Assembly (NCBI GenBank): GCA_047495785.1
Contig: JBLDXI010000002.1
Location: 1,674,001 to 1,738,000 of the forward strand
DNA from: Lepidodermella squamata
Taxonomy: Eukaryota; Animalia; Gastrotricha
DNA length: 64,000 bases
Direction of reading: 5' to 3'
Shown here: one piece after another, positions 49,994-62,653 of the stretch
Numbering within the stretch: position 1 is the first letter of the stretch
Layout of the letters: each line of letters opens with the position of its first letter
Made by a program: the position numbers and the translations under genes
The notes under the pieces: generated by a model
Databases searched by the model: none
Seen by the model: only the letters and a program-made list of their open reading frames with translations
Told to the model about the DNA's origin: nothing

Positions 49994-52900
49994 ATGTATC
50001 TTCTGGCGCTCTTTGTGGCCTACTTGCTTCTCCAACCGTTATCGGGTATCGAGAGGTCGTATCAAACGGATTTGAAAAATGCTGACCCGTCTATTAGCCC
50101 GATTCAATTAACCGTGTACGCTGACTATAACGATGGCTTCACACCCGGCCAACCGCCCGCTACACCATGGCCACTACCTATTCCCTATACGTTCAACAAT
50201 GGAACTTGGTATTCGAGCTATGTTGGATATAATGATATCAGTGAGTTCATTCGGGAATAAATTTGCTTCAAGTATTTATCCACCACCAATCGCTGAACGC
50301 TGAATGGCACTCATTATACTTCGATTTTACAGATCAAAGTACAGAAGCAAAAAATTTGCGCGCGAAATTAGAAAAGTGATGTTATCAAAATGCTTCAAAT
50401 TCCCCACTCTTCAAATTGTCATTGTGATTTGAATTTCATTTTTCGACATTTTTACGCTGTGCCACCAAGTAAACAAATTCGCATTAAAGTCATCGTCTCG
50501 GAATTGTTTTTCGCGGATGATCTGCGCTCTCGCAAGGGTAAATCTAGCTTGACAACGATTTTTGTTTTCAATTTACTGTCCTTACTCTCATAGTCAAGAA
50601 AAGAACGGCTCAGAAGTGGTTTGAGCTCGAATTGCCTCACGTCTTGCATCTTATCGTCACACTTTTCCGCGCCGATAGATGCATCACGATACCTAACTTG
50701 AACTGGTATTTGGAAATTTATCCCGATTTTCTCGGAAAATTGAAGCCCGGCAGAAGCAAAATCTCAGTCTTGGCTAAAGCTCGGCAAATGCGTGAAATTA
50801 TCGACGACCTGGTCTTCGATCTTAACAGGTTCTGGAGATTTTCGTCAGGTTTTTATGTTTAGACGAATGTAAAAAATTTGGAGAATTTGAACAATTCTAA
50901 CCGTAAAATTGTTAAAAATAGGCAGAAGCCAATGACCTTGGCGGTTACTATTTCGCAAAATTTGAATTCCGCGCGCCATTTTTTGCTTTCGTACTTTGAC
51001 CTGCAAAATCGAAGTATAATGCTATCAAATTATAAACTTAATAATTTATAATCCTGTGTCTCAAAGGCAATGTTATAGTTTGTATATAACACAGTATACC
51101 AATAAAAGGTTTTCTCTTGGAAATGGTTTCTTTATAATCAATTTTGCATACCATTTTTGGTGTACACTTTATTTCTGACTAACCACGCGGTGTGTAAGGA
51201 TATAGGCTCTGTAGTTACTAGATGTATCAGCTACCTCTTCGCTCACATAATATTTTCCATATGAGAGGCACTCCGCCAGAAAACAGCACAGACATACATA
51301 TGTTCATTGTTATTTGAGAACTTTCACCAGGAAGCAACAAAGGTACCCTTTTTTGAAAATGTGTAATTATCTCGTCAAAAAGAGAGTTTTTTTCTGAACA
51401 CTGAACACATTGAAGGTGTCAATGTCAAATTATCCAGCAAAATTAAATTTCAAGAATAATATGCGTAAAATAAAAATAAAATGAATATTTGGGCTGTTTT
51501 CTTATATATGGAACCCCTTTTCTATCTACTAATTCTACTAATCCTTTTTTGTGTGACAGCTGATTACGACAAGGCCATTGCGATGCAAGCTTTAGCTCAA
51601 ATCGAATCGGTAACCTGCTTGCGCTTTGAGCAAAAACCTTATATTGACCTGAATCAATCCAACTCGATCATGTTCTTCCGCATTAGGTAAATTATAAAAT
51701 TATTCTCAAGCCTGTTGTCTGAATTATTCATTTTATCTCTTATAAAGCGATCCATATGGCGTACACAGTGTTGATTATCCTTTACGATTCATTGGCGTCG
51801 AATTCCTACAAATCAGTCGATATATCCCGTTCGAGGTGACTTTCCTGCTGCTCAGCTGTGAAATCCATTCGATTGTGTTTTTGCACTCAGATTCCGGCCA
51901 TGCTTAGAAAGATTGGCCACGTTCTTGGACTGACATACGAGGTTAGGCGGCCAGATCGCGATCAATACCTTACCCCCTATCCCGGGAAGGAGGATAGGTT
52001 TGCTTTCATTCAACATCGCGAATTCTTGCGCCAATTTTGAAACAATTTAAGTTACCCTATCAATGCGGCTCAAACCTACTACAACGCGACACCATTCGAC
52101 TACGAGTCGCTTTTTAATCCATTGATGGACGTTAATGGTGGAATACAGCTGTTCGATTGGTACCCGAAGGACCGGCGATACATGGCAAGCGTTGGCCAGT
52201 CTCATTATCTTTCATTGTTCGATACAATAAAGCTGAACACACTTTACAAATGCTTTGGTCAGTCCTTTCGAATGTTAGCTATCTAACTCGTATGAGTAAT
52301 TTAGCCTTTATTCAATATGGGGTTTACACATATTTTAGACCGAGTAAATTAACATTTTATGAGAAATGTTTTTTCAGATTCGGATCCGTGCAAGAATCCG
52401 ACGATCTCATGCCAAAATGGGGGCTATCCGAATCCCAGAGTAAACTGTACAAAATGCGTCTGTCCAATTGGGCTCAGCGGCGATTTCTGCGAAATCCCAT
52501 ATCCGACGGATACCGCGAATGGCTGTGGCGGTGAAGTTTTCGTTGAACCCTGTAAATCTGTTGATATTTCGACTCCCAAAGTCGGCACAACAAATTCAAC
52601 GCGTTGTTCTTGGCGTATCAAAACGGTGTGATCCATTTCCTGTACCCGAAAATCACATTATTCTAACTTGGCATGTAGGGAAATTCTAGCGGATTGGTGT
52701 TCGGATTTCAAACCATTCCTCAGCTGCAACAATTAGGTAAGCGAACCATTATTCGGAATCCGCCGCTTTCATGGAACGCATTTCTTCCTAGGCTATGCGA
52801 ATTGCAATAATTTTGTTATGATAAGAGTTTTGGGACCTAATGGCAGATTTCCAGGATTCACGTGAGCATTATATATCAATGCGGAAATATTCATATTTCT

Positions 52901-54794
52901 TCACTGGATATTAGTTTTTGCAGCAATTCGCCAATCCTGGGCCGCGTCTTCGTCACCAATTATAATCAAGCGCTGGTCTACTCGGACATGCCCTTACAGA
53001 TTGAGTCCCAAAGCGCCGAACTTACAGTTTACGCGACCTGCCCTGGCGTAAAAGCAACTGAACTGACGCTAGAATGTCGAATTACCCCGAACGCCCTTGA
53101 CTACGAGGGATTTCTGTTGACTAAAACTGCAACTGGCGCAGCTTGCTCGCGATGGGACGCCGCTACGCAGTATAGCTTCACGGTTGCTCCTAGAGGCGAT
53201 CTAACAGCATCTAGAAATGCGTGTCGTTCGCAGTCCTCATTTCAATGTTTGATCGGAGACGATTTAGTCCCGTGCGAGAATGCTGATAGAATAAAAAAAT
53301 GCAGTGAGTCAATTGAAATATTGAATTTGAAAATTTCAAATCAAATACGCTTCAATTATTTTCTGTAATTCGAACTGTTTTATCATTCGGGTTTTTTAAA
53401 AGGCCTTTATGTTTTATTGACAGCCCAATTGGCTGTGCGTTGTATCAACTCGGTAACTGGCCAGTTCGAATCGTGCAGGCGGTATTGCTTGGAAGGTGAA
53501 ACTCCTTTCAAAGAGTGGCCAACTCGTTTCATGGACACCTGCAACAAGGGCGTGAGTTAAGGCTCGGATAAACGGGCAAACATGTTTGCCAAACATTGAC
53601 TTCAAACATTGTTTGTCAAACAACGGCTTCAAACACTGTTTGATCAAACATTGCATTTACACGTTCAAACTTTCTGTTCAAACATTGTTAAGACCAACTA
53701 GGCATTCAAACATTTTTGACCGTCTAAATACTCGTGTTTGAAAGAAAATGTTTGTGAAGTTTGTTGAAAATGACTTCAAACAAAATCACTCGGTCGAGCG
53801 ATTTTGTTTGACAAACATGCAAACATTTGGCGCTGTGGCTGCTGCGGAGGTGCCTGCCGGAACGACATATGCGGAAGTTTTGCATCCGCTTCTTAAAAAA
53901 AATGGATAAAACACGATCACATTGATTCGTAAATTGCTACGGTCACGCGGCAACGGAAAAAATCAAATCAGAGCGGTCGAAAATGTAAAAGCATTCTAGC
54001 CGTTTATGTCATTTTTCTCCTAATTAAACAAAATTTGCATAAATTTGCATAAATTATGCTAATTCCTGAATGATTTGCATACATTTTGCTAGTTTTCTTG
54101 CAAACATTGTTTGAGCGTGTAAATGAAAGTTTGACAAACTGATGTTTGAAGCTTTGAGAAGTGACCTTTCACCTTTTCCGATGTTTGACAAGCAAGTTTG
54201 ATCGTCTAAAAGCATTTCAAACATTTCCGTCAAACATCGATGTTTGATGTAAATGTTTGACAAACTGTTTGCCCGTTTATCCGAGCCTTTAGAATTTGAA
54301 TTCTGCCATTCTTAAACATTTGTGCTCCACAGAATGTCAAGAAATGCGTCAAAGGTTCGACTTTTCGTTGTATTGCTGGCGACCAAGGCTGCCTCTCCGA
54401 TGAGACCAAAATTGTGAGTTCTCAAAAGTATCTGCGGACTTTCAACTACCTGCTACATACTGCTTTAGATGTTCAGCAATTATGCCTACTTTGGCCGCAA
54501 TCTGCTAGCGTGCAGTCATCGAGCTGATCTCAATTGGGTACGTAATGCCAATAAAGCCAATAAAATTGCTTGGGAACCCTTGTGAACAGAAATACGTCCG
54601 CTGTTACCGTAACATTGGTAGCAAGCCGTTTGCCGATTGTCGACGTGCAGATTTCGGATGCAAACCTACTGAGGTAAGCCACTTTCCGGACTGCAAGTTT
54701 CGATTCACTTCAACGACATATCCCTGCTTCATATTAGGTTTCTGGTGCAACGCCGCCGTATACGGACCCTTTCAAGTGCTATGACGGCGTGTAA
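49994..54794 (+). CDS. Secreted pseudo-astacin paralog: signal peptide, inactive astacin, EGF, CUB-like, degenerate kringle, 3 x 4-Cys repeats
   Basis: Signal peptide MYLLALFVAYLLLQPLSG; WPLPIPY, IESVTCLRF, RKIGHVLGLTYEVRRPDRD, FDYES, GQSHYLSLFDTIKLNTLYKC; EGF CQNGGYPNPRVNCTKCVCPIGLSGDFC; kringle-like LDYEG..KTATGAACSRW..CR. Terminal exons splice in frame to TAA at 54792-54794. Confidence 0.8.
50312..51021. mobile_element. CACTA/EnSpm-like non-autonomous element in intron 1
   Basis: About 58-bp TIR starting CATTATACTTCGATTTT and ending AAAATCGAAGTATAATG, with a 2-bp CT on both flanks. Confidence 0.7.
51054..51130 (+). mobile_element. 5'-truncated retrotransposon insertion (3' terminal module only)
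   Basis: CTGTGTCTCAAAGGCAATGTTA...ACCAATAAAAGGTTTTCTCT is homologous to 49346-49420. Flanked by a 9-bp duplication TTTATAATC (51045-51053 and 51131-51139). Confidence 0.75.
53560..54288. mobile_element. PIF/Harbinger (Tourist-like) MITE in an intron
   Basis: TIR AGGCTCGGATAAACGGGCAAACA / TGTTTGCCCGTTTATCCGAGCCT, TTA duplication on both sides, and many subterminal CAAACA/TGTTTG repeats. Confidence 0.88.
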
Positions 54795-56220
54795 CTGTTA
54801 TGTCAAACAGTGTTTAATAGCTTGCAGACAGCTATCATCTTTGAACTTGGAAACAATAGAAACTATTATTTATCTGTCATAATGCTTCGTGGAGTATCTA
54901 TTTACTTTTCAAATATTTTTTTTTGCGTCAATGCCTTTGCCGCCGATGACGTTTATCTCGACCAATTGGTCAAATAAATATGGCTTTTCGTGGTTAACAA
55001 TAATGCTGCTTATTCAAAGCATATTCCAAGATGACAAGAAAATTCAATGGTTAACAGTATTGAATTGACGTAACTTGATCTTCATCTTGATCATCTTGAT
55101 CACCTGGATATACGCCACTTTAATCATATACTAGGAATCGCAAAAAATTTTTTGAACCGACCAATCCACAGACATCAAACAGTTACCGATAGGTTTGTTC
55201 TCGACGCCTCACCTCAGAGGTCGTAAAATAATCTACTAGTTCATCCGGCTTAGATTTAAGATATCGCAGAAACCCACTATGAGAATTACACTATACTTGA
55301 GGGCAGCCGGTTCCAAGCTGCGCGCACACGCGCATTGTAAAGCTGATATTCAAATGTTTCATGCATGAGTTGGTAAACGGTGATTTGAAGATATTTCGAA
55401 GAATGTATACGCTAGCATCTAGCTTATACACAGCCTAGTTACATTTTGTGGCATAGCGCGCAAGGTCGTGTAGGAAGCGTCTAATTTCCAGAGGACACAG
55501 CCGTAGTTTTTACATATTTCATAATACGAGGCACCTTCAATCGATGAATGGTAGTCACCTCTATACAACAGGCATTTTGTAAACCGGGATTGAACAGCCT
55601 CCAGTAGCTTCGCAATGTCTGTTAGGTGTTACGGTGAGTAGACCGAAGGGCAAACATCCAGACGTGAAAGAGTGCAGGTCTTATACGCTTTTAGGCGTAG
55701 AGACTTCGATACGAACGATATGCATATTACGCCATTAATTTCTGGTTCCACTAAGATGCAAAGACCGACGCTCAAATACAGGTTAATGACACAAGATGAG
55801 TGCTGGATGCTGGGATAATATGCGCTGGTTTTTGCCCGAACGAATGCCGGATTGCGTGCCGTGTTGGTTAGGGAGCACAATTTGCTCCTCGGACCATGAT
55901 GTCCGAGGGGGTAGAATTCTTGGAAAGGATGCTGAGTAACGATCGCCTCAGTCAGGCATCCCTAGTAAGCATGCCAATGAGACCGAAATCTTAAGAAACT
56001 GCTATCCGTTGAAAATGTGTTGGAATAGAAAAGCCAAGACTCAATGAGAGTTCAAAAGGTTCGCGTAATCATTCATCGATTGCATAGCAATGAAGTTTTT
56101 CCAAGCTCATTTTATTTTTTAGATTCAGAATTCTCATCAGCACCTCATTCTCTCAATGGAACTGGCCCATAACGACGCCGCTAACCGTCTCTCTGCCTCA
56201 GCTATGTGTTTCAGAGCTTT

Positions 56221-56611
56221 TTACAGCTTTTTGTACATCATATACACATCTTGAGCACCGCTAAGAATCTCGATGACGCACTTCGAGTAGTAAACACATC
56301 TGTTGACCATTAGATGGGGATTCTTTTCCCAATAAAGGAAAGTACTGCATTGATCCCCTAACTGACTGCATCTTTTGGCACACTCCGTGATGGCATAAAC
56401 TGTATTGGATGTTGATATCTTTGATGTATTAGGTAAGCAAAATGCGTGCGGTCGCTGCTGGTAGCCGGCGACGTCAACAGCTGCAACTAAACATGAATAA
56501 AACAATTTTTTTGTTAATATATGCATATAGGTAAATAAAAGTCCGTCAACTTGTGTAAGCGACGCAAAAAGCTGCGGCGACGAACGCGATGAGAGCAACC
56601 TTGCCTGCCAT
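56221..56611 (-). CDS. Small secreted PAN/apple-like cysteine-rich protein (about 108 aa; exons 56611-56551, 56486-56221)
   Basis: Signal peptide MAGKVALIAFVAAAFCVAYT spliced in phase 1 to a domain with C..ECAKRC.....C.TFLY......C, the PAN Cys spacing. Confidence 0.65.
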
Positions 56612-58528
56612 GTTGAATCGACTTTCGGAAAAAATAGTATCTATGTGAGAAACAAGAAAATGTTGAATAATGAAAATTCCAGTGAGCTCATCCGCCTTTT
56701 ATCGGCTTCGCTGCCAGAAATTTGTTTCAGCTGCTGCCTCCAGGGCGGCTTGTTTGCATGTTGATATGCGTTGGCGCCGTTGCTGTTCTGAAGTAATGTA
56801 GAATGTAGTTAAGCCTTGCAATAAGCATATTATACCTGGAAAACGAATTTTCTTATTTCAAACAAAGCACACAGTGCTCCACCCACAGAGCTCTATAAGA
56901 TAGGAGTTCCTACTCCTACTGCGGCTAACGTAGCATTTACACGAGCTATAACTTCGTAATTATCGATGTTATTTACTCCGGATTCTGCGACATCATTTTT
57001 GCGTTAACTCAACCGAGCGTTGTTTGTATTTTTGTGTGCAATTTCATGGGCGCTGTTAACAAGTCACTGCAAGGCGGTTTGAATCTCAAGTTTTGCGGTA
57101 TCTAGTAATCGCATTTCGGCAACTTTGCGATCACATCGTTGACAGGCACGTGATCTTGACAAGCCTTCTGCTGATAAATAAATATGATCGATTTCAAAAT
57201 GTTGTCATAATCCTCCTAAAATGAGTTATGCAACGAATCGCGTCACTGCGCGGCAGTTTCAAACACCCTGGAGTTTATTACGACGGCAGTTTAGTAAGGA
57301 AAAATACCTGGGAAATTAAAAAATCAGAAAATATCGATAGGTTTGAGGCTTTAATCATGAATCAATGAGTTCAAACTTTGGTTTGCTGGTTGAACCTCGA
57401 ACATAAGAAATTTCTACGGCGGAGTCGCCCGCTACCATGGAAACAGCTAGTCAAGGTCGCGTTGCTCTAATTTCATTTTTCCGATAATTATTTGATGAGA
57501 TAAAATTATTTTTAAGAATAAACAGCGACTAAGAATTTACGAAAAATTGCGCATCCCAGGTTCCTAGGTTTGAAATCCCAGGTTTTCGGTAAAACCCGGC
57601 TGCGCTATGCTTTTCAAATATTCTTCCGGGCTTGGGTAAGGACCCTTCACTTACTGCGTGACTCATTAATATTAATGGTAATGTAATTGGGTAACTAACC
57701 GCGTTAGTTTATAGCTTCGATAAAATAGTTTCTGAATTTGTTCAATGAAGTCGATTTTCATTCATAATTATTCAAAATGAAAAAAGCTGATAGAGAAAAT
57801 GAACTCCCAACTATACTGCGTAGCAACAAGTGCGTGTGCCTATCACATGATTGCCATCATTCAATTTAATTTTCAACAATACGATTCGCGGCTTCACTTA
57901 GTTTTAGACCACACTGTAAAATTCGAGAGATTTGGAGCTTTTCGAAAGGGTGAAAACTCCTGTTGAAAATAGGCATTTTTTGCTAATTTTCAGCTCTGTT
58001 AACGATGTTGGACAACAATCAGCGAAGATAGAGCAAAAGACGCCGCTTAAATCGCTCAACGCCCAAGTACATCAAGTCTCCATTCAAGCTTGAGCACTTA
58101 AAAAATGTATTTTTCTCACCAAAAAAGCTCCAGTAAAAATCACACCTGAAAAAGTTATCTGGGTAAATCGAATCGAGCATACTCACGAAGGCCGTGTTAT
58201 AATAGTTAGGTATAATTACGTCTCACGCGCCTTTATCCTTTTCCCGCCAAATTTTTTCGGTGTTTTTACCAGGATTCCGCAAATGAATAACAGATCGAAA
58301 AGTTAGCCGAGGTTTCAGGCTGGAATTCAACCTGTGGACTTATTGACACCTTGAGAATATTAATTCGCCTAATGAATTCAATTATTGCTCAAATCACTTA
58401 GATAGACCTAGTACGGTTCGGGCGGAACGTGAGCCGCCTCAGTGTTGCATAATGGAAATTGAGAGCGGACACATCTCGAGCGTTTTCGGTCATCATTCAT
58501 CATTGAATGTTGCGCAATGAAACCAGGC

Positions 58529-58563
58529 TATAAATAAACCATGTTTCGAGAGCCTTTTCAGTT
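58529..58563 (+). promoter_or_regulatory. TATA box plus initiator of glucosidase paralog 2
   Basis: TATAAATAAA at 58529 and TCAGTT with its A at 58560, placing TATA at -31. The ATG is at 58621. Confidence 0.7.
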
Positions 58564-58620
58564 TTAACCACTGAACCAAGCTATATTCGATTCATAAATA
58601 ATACACTCTTATAGCTATAA

Positions 58621-61042
58621 ATGGCTCCTCAATTTAATAGCTTGGAAGAACAACGGTAAATTTCTGAAATTTCGGTTTTTAACTGAAATAATTTGTTTAA
58701 TATCGTCTAGCGACAGTTTTATGCTGGACCCTGATTGGTGGAAGAAATCGATCATCTACCACGTGTATCCAAGGTCGTTTTGCGACTCGAACGGCGACGG
58801 CCATGGCGATCTACCCGGCCTGATTTCAAAGCTGGATTATTTCAGCTATCTTAACGTCACTTGTATCTACCTCAACCCGATCTACCCATCGCCGATGCGC
58901 GACTGCGGCTACGATATCACCGACTTTACTGGGATCGACCCGGTTTTCGGGACGCTCGAAGATTTCGATCGGCTTGTTGATGGGCTTCATAATCGTGGTA
59001 TCAAGCTGTTGCTCGATCTAATTCCGAACCACACGAGTTGCGATCACGAGTGGTTCAAGGAAAGTTGCAAGTCACGTGACAATCCTTACGCCGATTATTA
59101 CGTCTGGAGCGACGGCGTGACAGACGAAAATGGTCAACGAAAACCTCCGAATAACTGGGTAGGCTTATGAAATCTGAAAAATTAGAAATTGAAAAATTTA
59201 AATTTTCAAAATTATGATTTTTTGAAATTTAAATTTGAACTTTTCAATTTTTAATAAAAAGCAATTAAAAATTATAAATAAATTTTAAGCTAAAAAAATA
59301 AAGGCATTTTTAAATAAATTATTATTAAATTATTAAATTTAATTAATTTATTCCAGCTGAGCGCATTCAGCGGCTCAATGTGGGAATGGTGCGAATCGAG
59401 GCAGCAATACTACCTTCACCAGTTTATGCCCGAGCAGCCTGACCTGAATTTTCGAAACCCGAAAGTCCGGCTCGAAATTCAAAACGTGATGCGCTTTTGG
59501 CTGGATCGCGGCGTTGACGGCTTCCGAATCGACGCTGTTAAACACCTTCTCGAATCCGAAGATTTGAGTCAAAACGAGGAGAAAAGCTGGCAAACCCACC
59601 TGCCGTGGTACCACTACGAATCGTCGAAGCATCGCCACACGATTGATCTCAAAGAAAATCACGAAATTGTCCGCGAATGGCGGCAAGTTCTCGACGAGTA
59701 CTTCAAGCGGACGGGGATGTATCGATGCATGATTGTTGAGCTTTATGAAGATTGGGACACGAGTATTGATCATGTTATGGAGCACTACAACAACGGCAGT
59801 GATGCGCCGTTCAACTTTCGGCTGCTGTCGCAATTCAAGCGAGACTCTGGTGGATGGAAACTTCGAGAAATTGTTGAAGGCTGGCTCAACAAAATGCCCG
59901 AGGGAAAACGAGCGATTTGGGCTGTAAGTGTCGACATTTTTAATGGAACATTATTCAAATTTTTAAAATTGAAAATTAAAATTAAAATTGAAATGTCAAA
60001 AATGGAAAGTGATTCTAGAATTTCGAATTTAAAATTTTTTAGATTTAAATTTTAAAATTTTAAAATTTTAAAATGTATAATTTTTTATTTTTTATTTTTA
60101 TTTTTATTTTTATAATTTAAAATTTAATTTTTTTAATTTTTCGAAAATTGAGAATTTTTTTCATCTAGATGGGAAATCATGACAATCCTCGTGTTGCTGA
60201 CAAGTTTGGCCCTGAATTCGTCGATGCGTTGAATGCCCTGGTCTTACTGCTACCTGGCACGCCTTGTACCTATTACGGCGAGGAGTTGGGCATGCGTGGC
60301 GATAATCTGTCATTCGAGGAAACCCTCGATCATTTTTGCAAGATTTTTGGACCGGTTAGCCGTCGCAATTTTTGAATTTTATATAATTTTTCTTCAATTT
60401 AAAGGAGCTTTATCACATGTACTCTCGAGATTGCTGCCGTGGGCCGATGCTCTGGAACAGCGGTGAAAATGCTGGGTTCTGCCCACCTGGAGTCAAACCG
60501 TGGCTTCCTCTTATGAAAGGCTTCGAAAATTTCAGTGTTGAGGTGAGGAAACACTAAAAATCTAATAACGAATTTTATTTATTATTTATTGGTTTCAGGC
60601 CCAGAGAGATGGTAAGACCGAGTCGACATTGAAGTTTTACCGAGAATTGGCGTTTCTGCGCCAAGAACCTGAGTTTGTCAATGGTACGTACCAGGCCGGT
60701 TACACTACGAAGAACATTTACACGATAATTCGGCGCCGAGCTTTGAAGGACTGCGACGCGGCTTCGAACAATTTCGGCCTTCGCTACGACGTGGCGATCA
60801 ACGTTGGCAGTGAGCCTGAGACTTTTGACACCCCGGCGAGCCAGCTGTTCTTCCACGACGGCCGTTCGTTCCCGGACGTGGTCAACGACCGTGAAACGCC
60901 TCGCATTATCCTGCATTCGACGAATTTAATGCCGGAACAGGCTGAAATGATCAAGGGATTTCCGTTCGTGCCGATGACAGTTCACCCTGGGCAAGTTTTC
61001 ATCATCCGATCGCGGCCTAAATTCAAACCGAACGAAGAGTGA
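58621..61042 (+). CDS. GH13 alpha-glucosidase/maltase-like, paralog 2 (6 exons)
   Basis: Exon 1 MAPQFNSLEEQR spliced to DSFMLDPDWWKK; [40 protein letters not shown]. Closely similar to paralog 1. Confidence 0.92.
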
Positions 61043-62517
61043 GTGAGCGGTGCCTGGAAATCAAAGGATTTGATTATACTAACATTTTTTCGACACTTTT
61101 CGACAATGCCCTAACAACAATGCCTTGTTTTTGAATAACAAAATTGCTAACAATATTCAAAATATTATTAAAAAAATAAAATGATGCGTGGAAATAATCG
61201 ACTTTTTTCATTGTGGAAAGCTTAAAATGCAGAGTAATTTGGGACAGAGTGACCTTGGAATTTTTAAACTTTGCAGGTGATCTCAGGGTCTTAGGGTTGA
61301 ACGGCAAAAGAATGGAAATTTTCGCGTGAAATTTTATGTCTCGTGATTTTCAAAAACATTTACCTACGAGCCACCTGTCAAAATAGGAAAAAATTAAATT
61401 CTTAATTTTCATGAAGTTTTTGACCCAAATGCCATGTTGCTCATTGCGAACCATTTGATGAAGGTGCTTGCCATAATTGGACCCGTGGTAATTTGACGGA
61501 ATCTTATTGTTCAGCACCTTCGAAAACGCTAGAAGTCGATCTCTAGTGGTAAATGGTGCTTTATTTACCAGTTGTGGCACCTTTTTGAAAGAAATTTATT
61601 AGAACATGTCCCGATTCAACCCGCACCCTTCTTCCGATTTCTCTCAAAATTGATTATTCCTTTCGCATCAGCTGATCTGCGCTGGCACGAGAATCAATTT
61701 GGCTCCACTCCTGCCGTACCAGCTCACCTGGTTGACCACGTAAGTTGGTTTGACCTAGTTTCAGACAAACCAATTTTACCCGAGTTCCGTATTTTAAATT
61801 TTAAATTTATTGGTGCCATCGGATAGCAGCGAAATTCTGAGTGTTCCCTGTCATTTTCACGATGAGGTTTTCCCTGTTTGAACCTCACGAGGCTGCTGCG
61901 TTGGCTGCAAATGAGCGTCCAAATTTACCCGTTTATTGCTCACAAATAGGTCACTTAACTCACCTTTGTTACAGATTTTAGAATCTTTTTCCACAGAAGC
62001 TTATTTTTAACCTCGGAAACTTGACTTTTCAAAAAAAAACCCATCGCAACGGTATACCCCTTTGATTCCTGTCCTGATACGAATCCCGCAGCTATGCCAG
62101 AATTAAAGGTATTTACGTCGAATCCCAAGGTGGCCAAAATTAGGACACTTTTTGCCATTATATATTGATTAGTCTGGTTAAAATTCGTCAAAAATAAATG
62201 TTAACTCCTTTCGATAGTATATAAAACCACCCAGGTGCCTTCCTACAGCCGGGTTTAAACCCGCAAATTGAAACCTACTTCAATTCTGTGGCCGAATTTA
62301 GAAGGGGGCAATCTAGTGCAAAGTCAAGTGTGAGTTTTTCAGACAATTTTTTAAATGGAAAACGCTGAAAATCTGAAAACTGACAGATTCAAAGAGACAG
62401 GCGCCATGTTGCAGATTTTCTCACGCGGTCCCGAACAATCGCAAAAACTGGTCATCATTGTCCTACCAAACAATACTGAACTATCAGATTATCACAAAAC
62501 AGCCACGCCGCTCGCCT

Positions 62518-62524
62518 TATAAAA
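62518..62524 (+). promoter_or_regulatory. Putative TATA box of glucosidase paralog 3
   Basis: TATAAAA about 135 bp upstream of the ATG at 62654. Confidence 0.5.
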
Positions 62525-62653
62525 AAGGCCTGCCCTTCGTCAGATTTCTTCATACATACTAGAGTGTAAGATTTGTATCTGAACAGCATTTCTGTTTGCG
62601 TTCTCTTGTTGTCTTCGTTTTCTGGTTTCTTGTATCAATAACACTAAAATAAC

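Noticed and set aside
55100-56100. Possible retroelement or ncRNA fragment
   Set aside because: Composition differs from the introns, but I found no ORF motif, terminal repeat or ribozyme core to support a call.
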